Assembly (NCBI GenBank): GCA_965248535.1 | Contig: CBDFJR010000002.1 | Location: 1,504,001-1,568,000 of the forward strand | Direction of reading: 5' to 3' | Origin: Phormidesmis sp. | Lineage (GTDB): Bacteria > Cyanobacteriota > Cyanobacteriia > Leptolyngbyales > Leptolyngbyaceae | Length of the DNA: 64,000 nucleotides | Shown: piece after piece, positions 61,709 to 64,000 of the stretch | How positions within the stretch are numbered: position 1 is the first letter of the stretch | Layout of the letters: every line of letters begins with the position of its first letter | Made by a program: the position numbers and the translations under genes | Notes under the pieces: generated by a model | Database searches by the model: none | What the model was told of the DNA's origin: nothing | Seen by the model: only the letters and a program-made list of their open reading frames with translations

Positions 61709-62422
61709 TCAAGGGTTGTGCTGGGAATTTTGAGGCGTGAACTTGAGGGTGAAGTCTTTTTCAAACGATCGGCGCGTCATCGGCTGGTCTAGCATCAAGC
61801 CTTCACCCCCTAGGGTTTCTAGGGGCTTTCCGCCTACCGAAAGAAAGACAGGCGCACTTGGATCGGTGCTCGTTGCCGTGTAAAGAACCTGCCCGACCCG
61901 CCCCATCATGGAGGTGCTGCCGCCGCCCGTGGTGAAGGCTGATGACAAATCGACGTGAATGCCGTCAGTCCTGATTTTGAAACTCCTCACCTGAGTGCCT
62001 TGAGGAATCGTCGTCGTCAGCGTTGTTTCGTCAGGAGCACTGGTTAGCAGAGTCTCGATCGCGGTACTTAAAGTAGTTTCTGAGCGATCGTCGGATTTGA
62101 CAGACTTCAGTTTGACCGGAACGCCAACCAACTCACCCGATCCCTTCAGCCAATAGACTTGAGCCGTTTTTTCCACAGCAGGCGCAGCTTTAGGCACAGC
62201 AGGTCTAATCTGCTGCGTTGCGGCAACCGGAGGCGGAATAACAGGCGATGGCAAGGGTTGCGGCTCGATCTTGGCGATCTCAGGGGCACGTTCTATGGGC
62301 TTGGGCTTTGTGGCGGCGTGCCAGGCGATAAACGCAGTAGCGCTTCCTGCCGTCACCGTCAGCGCCGACAATCCTGCAATCAGCCCGATGGGAATGCGGC
62401 GAGTTTTGGGTTGGTCTTGCAT
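61709..62422 (-). CDS. GerMN-domain membrane-anchored protein
   Basis: N-terminal TM; TTIPQGT, VDLS.AF..GGGS.SM.GR.GQV.YTAT, LGGEGL. Confidence 0.9.
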   Translation of the reverse strand: MQDQPKTRRIPIGLIAGLSALTVTAGSATAFIAWHAATKPKPIERAPEIAKIEPQPLPSPVIPPPVAATQQIRPAVPKAAPAVEKTAQVYWLKGSGELVGVPVKLKSVKSDDRSETTLSTAIETLLTSAPDETTLTTTIPQGTQVRSFKIRTDGIHVDLSSAFTTGGGSTSMMGRVGQVLYTATSTDPSAPVFLSVGGKPLETLGGEGLMLDQPMTRRSFEKDFTLKFTPQNSQHNP

Positions 62423-62538
62423 TGAAAAACCCCTCCTAATGTTGGATCTCAGACGTTAGACAATCAATCTCTGGAGGATGCAGCCTGGATGACTACAACG
62501 ACTTTGGATCGGATTTCGGAATTGAGATTAAAAATCTG

Positions 62539-63312
62539 TTATTTTTTGGCCTTGGGTCTGATCTGCACAAAGGCCGAGAGTTGAATCTGAGTCGGATCGA
62601 TCTGAAGCTTGAAAATTCGAGCGGTGATGCCAGACTTTTCGAGCCGTCGCAGATCGAGTTGACGGCTGACGGCTTGGGCGATCGCGTTGGTAATTTGAGC
62701 AGGCGCGGATTTGCCATTCACCAAAAGCGTTGGATTCACGAGTTTTAGGGTTCGCCCCAACTCAATGCTGGGTTCTGCCTCAGCCACGATCGCCAGTTTG
62801 TCAGGGTAGCCCTGCTCTTGAAGTTCGGCTTGCAAGCGGATTCGATGGCTGGGCAGGCATTCGAGCCGAAGATTCTGAAAGTCAAACCGTTCAAGCTGCT
62901 GAGAATCGCGACGCTGTAGAAACCGCAGTCCCAAGTTTCGGAGTCGAGTGGTGATCAGCGGCGATCGTAGCCCCTGATTCAGATCCTCTGGCTTGAGAAC
63001 GAGTCTCAGCCCGGCTTGCAGGGGTTGCGCCAGTTTGGGCCTTAGACCTTGCAGCACGATCGGGTCAGTTTCTAGCTCAAGCGCCTCAATGCGAACATCT
63101 TTGATCGGCGACAAGCCGCGCCCAGCCAGCCGAAGCCGATCGATCCGACCTTTGACGATTTGATGGACGGGAGCGTTGTCAATGCGAACTTTGAGCGATT
63201 CAATTGAGACAAACCGCGATCGGATCGTGTTTTCAGCCACACGATCGAGCACCAATCCCGATGGCGAAATCAGACCGATGAGCGTGGATAGCAAAATAGT
63301 GAGCGGTTCCAT
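62539..63312 (-). CDS. DUF2993 (LmeA-like) protein
   Basis: LKVRIDNAP.HQ...GRIDRLRLAGRG, LELETDPI, EDLNQGLRSP. Confidence 0.8.
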   Translation of the reverse strand: MEPLTILLSTLIGLISPSGLVLDRVAENTIRSRFVSIESLKVRIDNAPVHQIVKGRIDRLRLAGRGLSPIKDVRIEALELETDPIVLQGLRPKLAQPLQAGLRLVLKPEDLNQGLRSPLITTRLRNLGLRFLQRRDSQQLERFDFQNLRLECLPSHRIRLQAELQEQGYPDKLAIVAEAEPSIELGRTLKLVNPTLLVNGKSAPAQITNAIAQAVSRQLDLRRLEKSGITARIFKLQIDPTQIQLSAFVQIRPKAKK

Positions 63313-63361
63313 TATCTAAAGCTTAAACGCTGAGTTTTTATCGCTCCTATCGCGATCGAGG

Positions 63362-64000
63362 TCATCCCAACGCCTCAGCAATCCATTGTTTGAGCGTCGG
63401 AATCACATCGGCGATCGCCATTTCTTGCACTGCTTTTGTAGCTCGTTGCACCACTTCAACCTTGCCGTCTTTAAGCGATTTTCCGGTGACAATTCGATAG
63501 GGAATGCCAATTAAATCAGCATCTTTAAATTTCACTCCTGCCCGATCGTTGCGATCGTCCAACAGCGTCTCAATGCCTGCTTGATTCAACTCACCATAGA
63601 GTTTTTCAGCCGCCGCCACTTGATCGGCATCGCCGATGTTGGGAATGATCACGATCGCTTGATAGGGAGCGATCGCAACGGGAAAAATAATCCCGTCTTT
63701 GTCATAAGATTGCTCCACCGCCGATTGTGCCAGTCGAGACACGCCCACGCCATAGCAGCCCATCACCAGCGGCACTTCTTCGCCCTGCTCATTGGTGTAA
63801 GTGGCACCCAGAATTTTTGAATATTTGGTGCCCAGTTGAAAAATATGCCCGATTTCGATGCCGCGGGTTGTTTGCAGGAGTTGGGCAGCGTCGTGGATTG
63901 CCCGATCGCCCGCTTTCGCCTTCCTCAAATCGACAATGTGCGATGACTGCTGAAACTGTGCGCCCCAGTTGGCTCCGACGACGTGATAGCCTGCCTCATC
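63362..64000 (-). CDS. proS: Proline--tRNA ligase, C-terminal part (runs off window)
   Basis: [39 protein letters not shown]. Confidence 0.97.
   Translation of the reverse strand, partial: DEAGYHVVGANWGAQFQQSSHIVDLRKAKAGDRAIHDAAQLLQTTRGIEIGHIFQLGTKYSKILGATYTNEQGEEVPLVMGCYGVGVSRLAQSAVEQSYDKDGIIFPVAIAPYQAIVIIPNIGDADQVAAAEKLYGELNQAGIETLLDDRNDRAGVKFKDADLIGIPYRIVTGKSLKDGKVEVVQRATKAVQEMAIADVIPTLKQWIAEALG

Larger units (their letters stand above)
1..64000. repeat. HIP1 (GCGATCGC) highly iterated palindrome, window-wide
   Basis: Very frequent in core genes (e.g. 78, 979, 2788); by eye sparse in 14.9-15.9 kb and 22.9-24.3 kb. Confidence 0.95.

Noticed and set aside
1..64000. Many short overlapping ORFs in the six-frame track; tRNA/rRNA genes
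   Set aside because: The short ORFs lie antisense to or out of frame within well-supported genes and show no motifs; no tRNA or rRNA signature was seen

Overview
Cyanobacterial chromosome segment. The HIP1 octamer GCGATCGC is dense throughout, and gene content and style suggest a filamentous Leptolyngbya/Phormidesmis-like organism (inference). The backbone is housekeeping: N-II type amino-acid ABC transporter, phosphoketolase, ftsH3, metH, alr, mscS, NTT-HEAT transporter with a cNMP partner, infC, yebC, a sugar ABC cluster near glk and a PfkB kinase, pdxH, cdsA, cbiT, ychF, rbp, queD and the 3' end of proS. Four accessory patches interrupt it. (1) A UPF0175/DUF3368 toxin-antitoxin-like pair sits inside the amino-acid ABC operon. 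(2) Between ftsH3 and metH lie an XRE regulator, a decayed polymorphic-toxin tip with an intact Imm30-like immunity gene, a mosaic pentapeptide gene and an attC-like site. (3) Between metH and alr lie two Uma2 nucleases, a decayed PD-(D/E)xK nuclease-ParA fusion with a ParB-like partner, and a tandem-duplicated DUF6888/DUF6887 pair. (4) A 3.4-kb slot flanked by a ~60-bp duplication encodes a signal-peptide, hypervariable 35-aa HEAT-repeat, transmembrane, NACHT-like NTPase protein; this is the best candidate for an undescribed system. Four otherwise intact genes, including metH, are broken by 1-bp indels, three of them in short homopolymers, probably from sequencing error. Two small unannotated proteins were found. 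No rRNA, tRNA, CRISPR array or transposase was seen. All family assignments come from motif recognition, not database searches.
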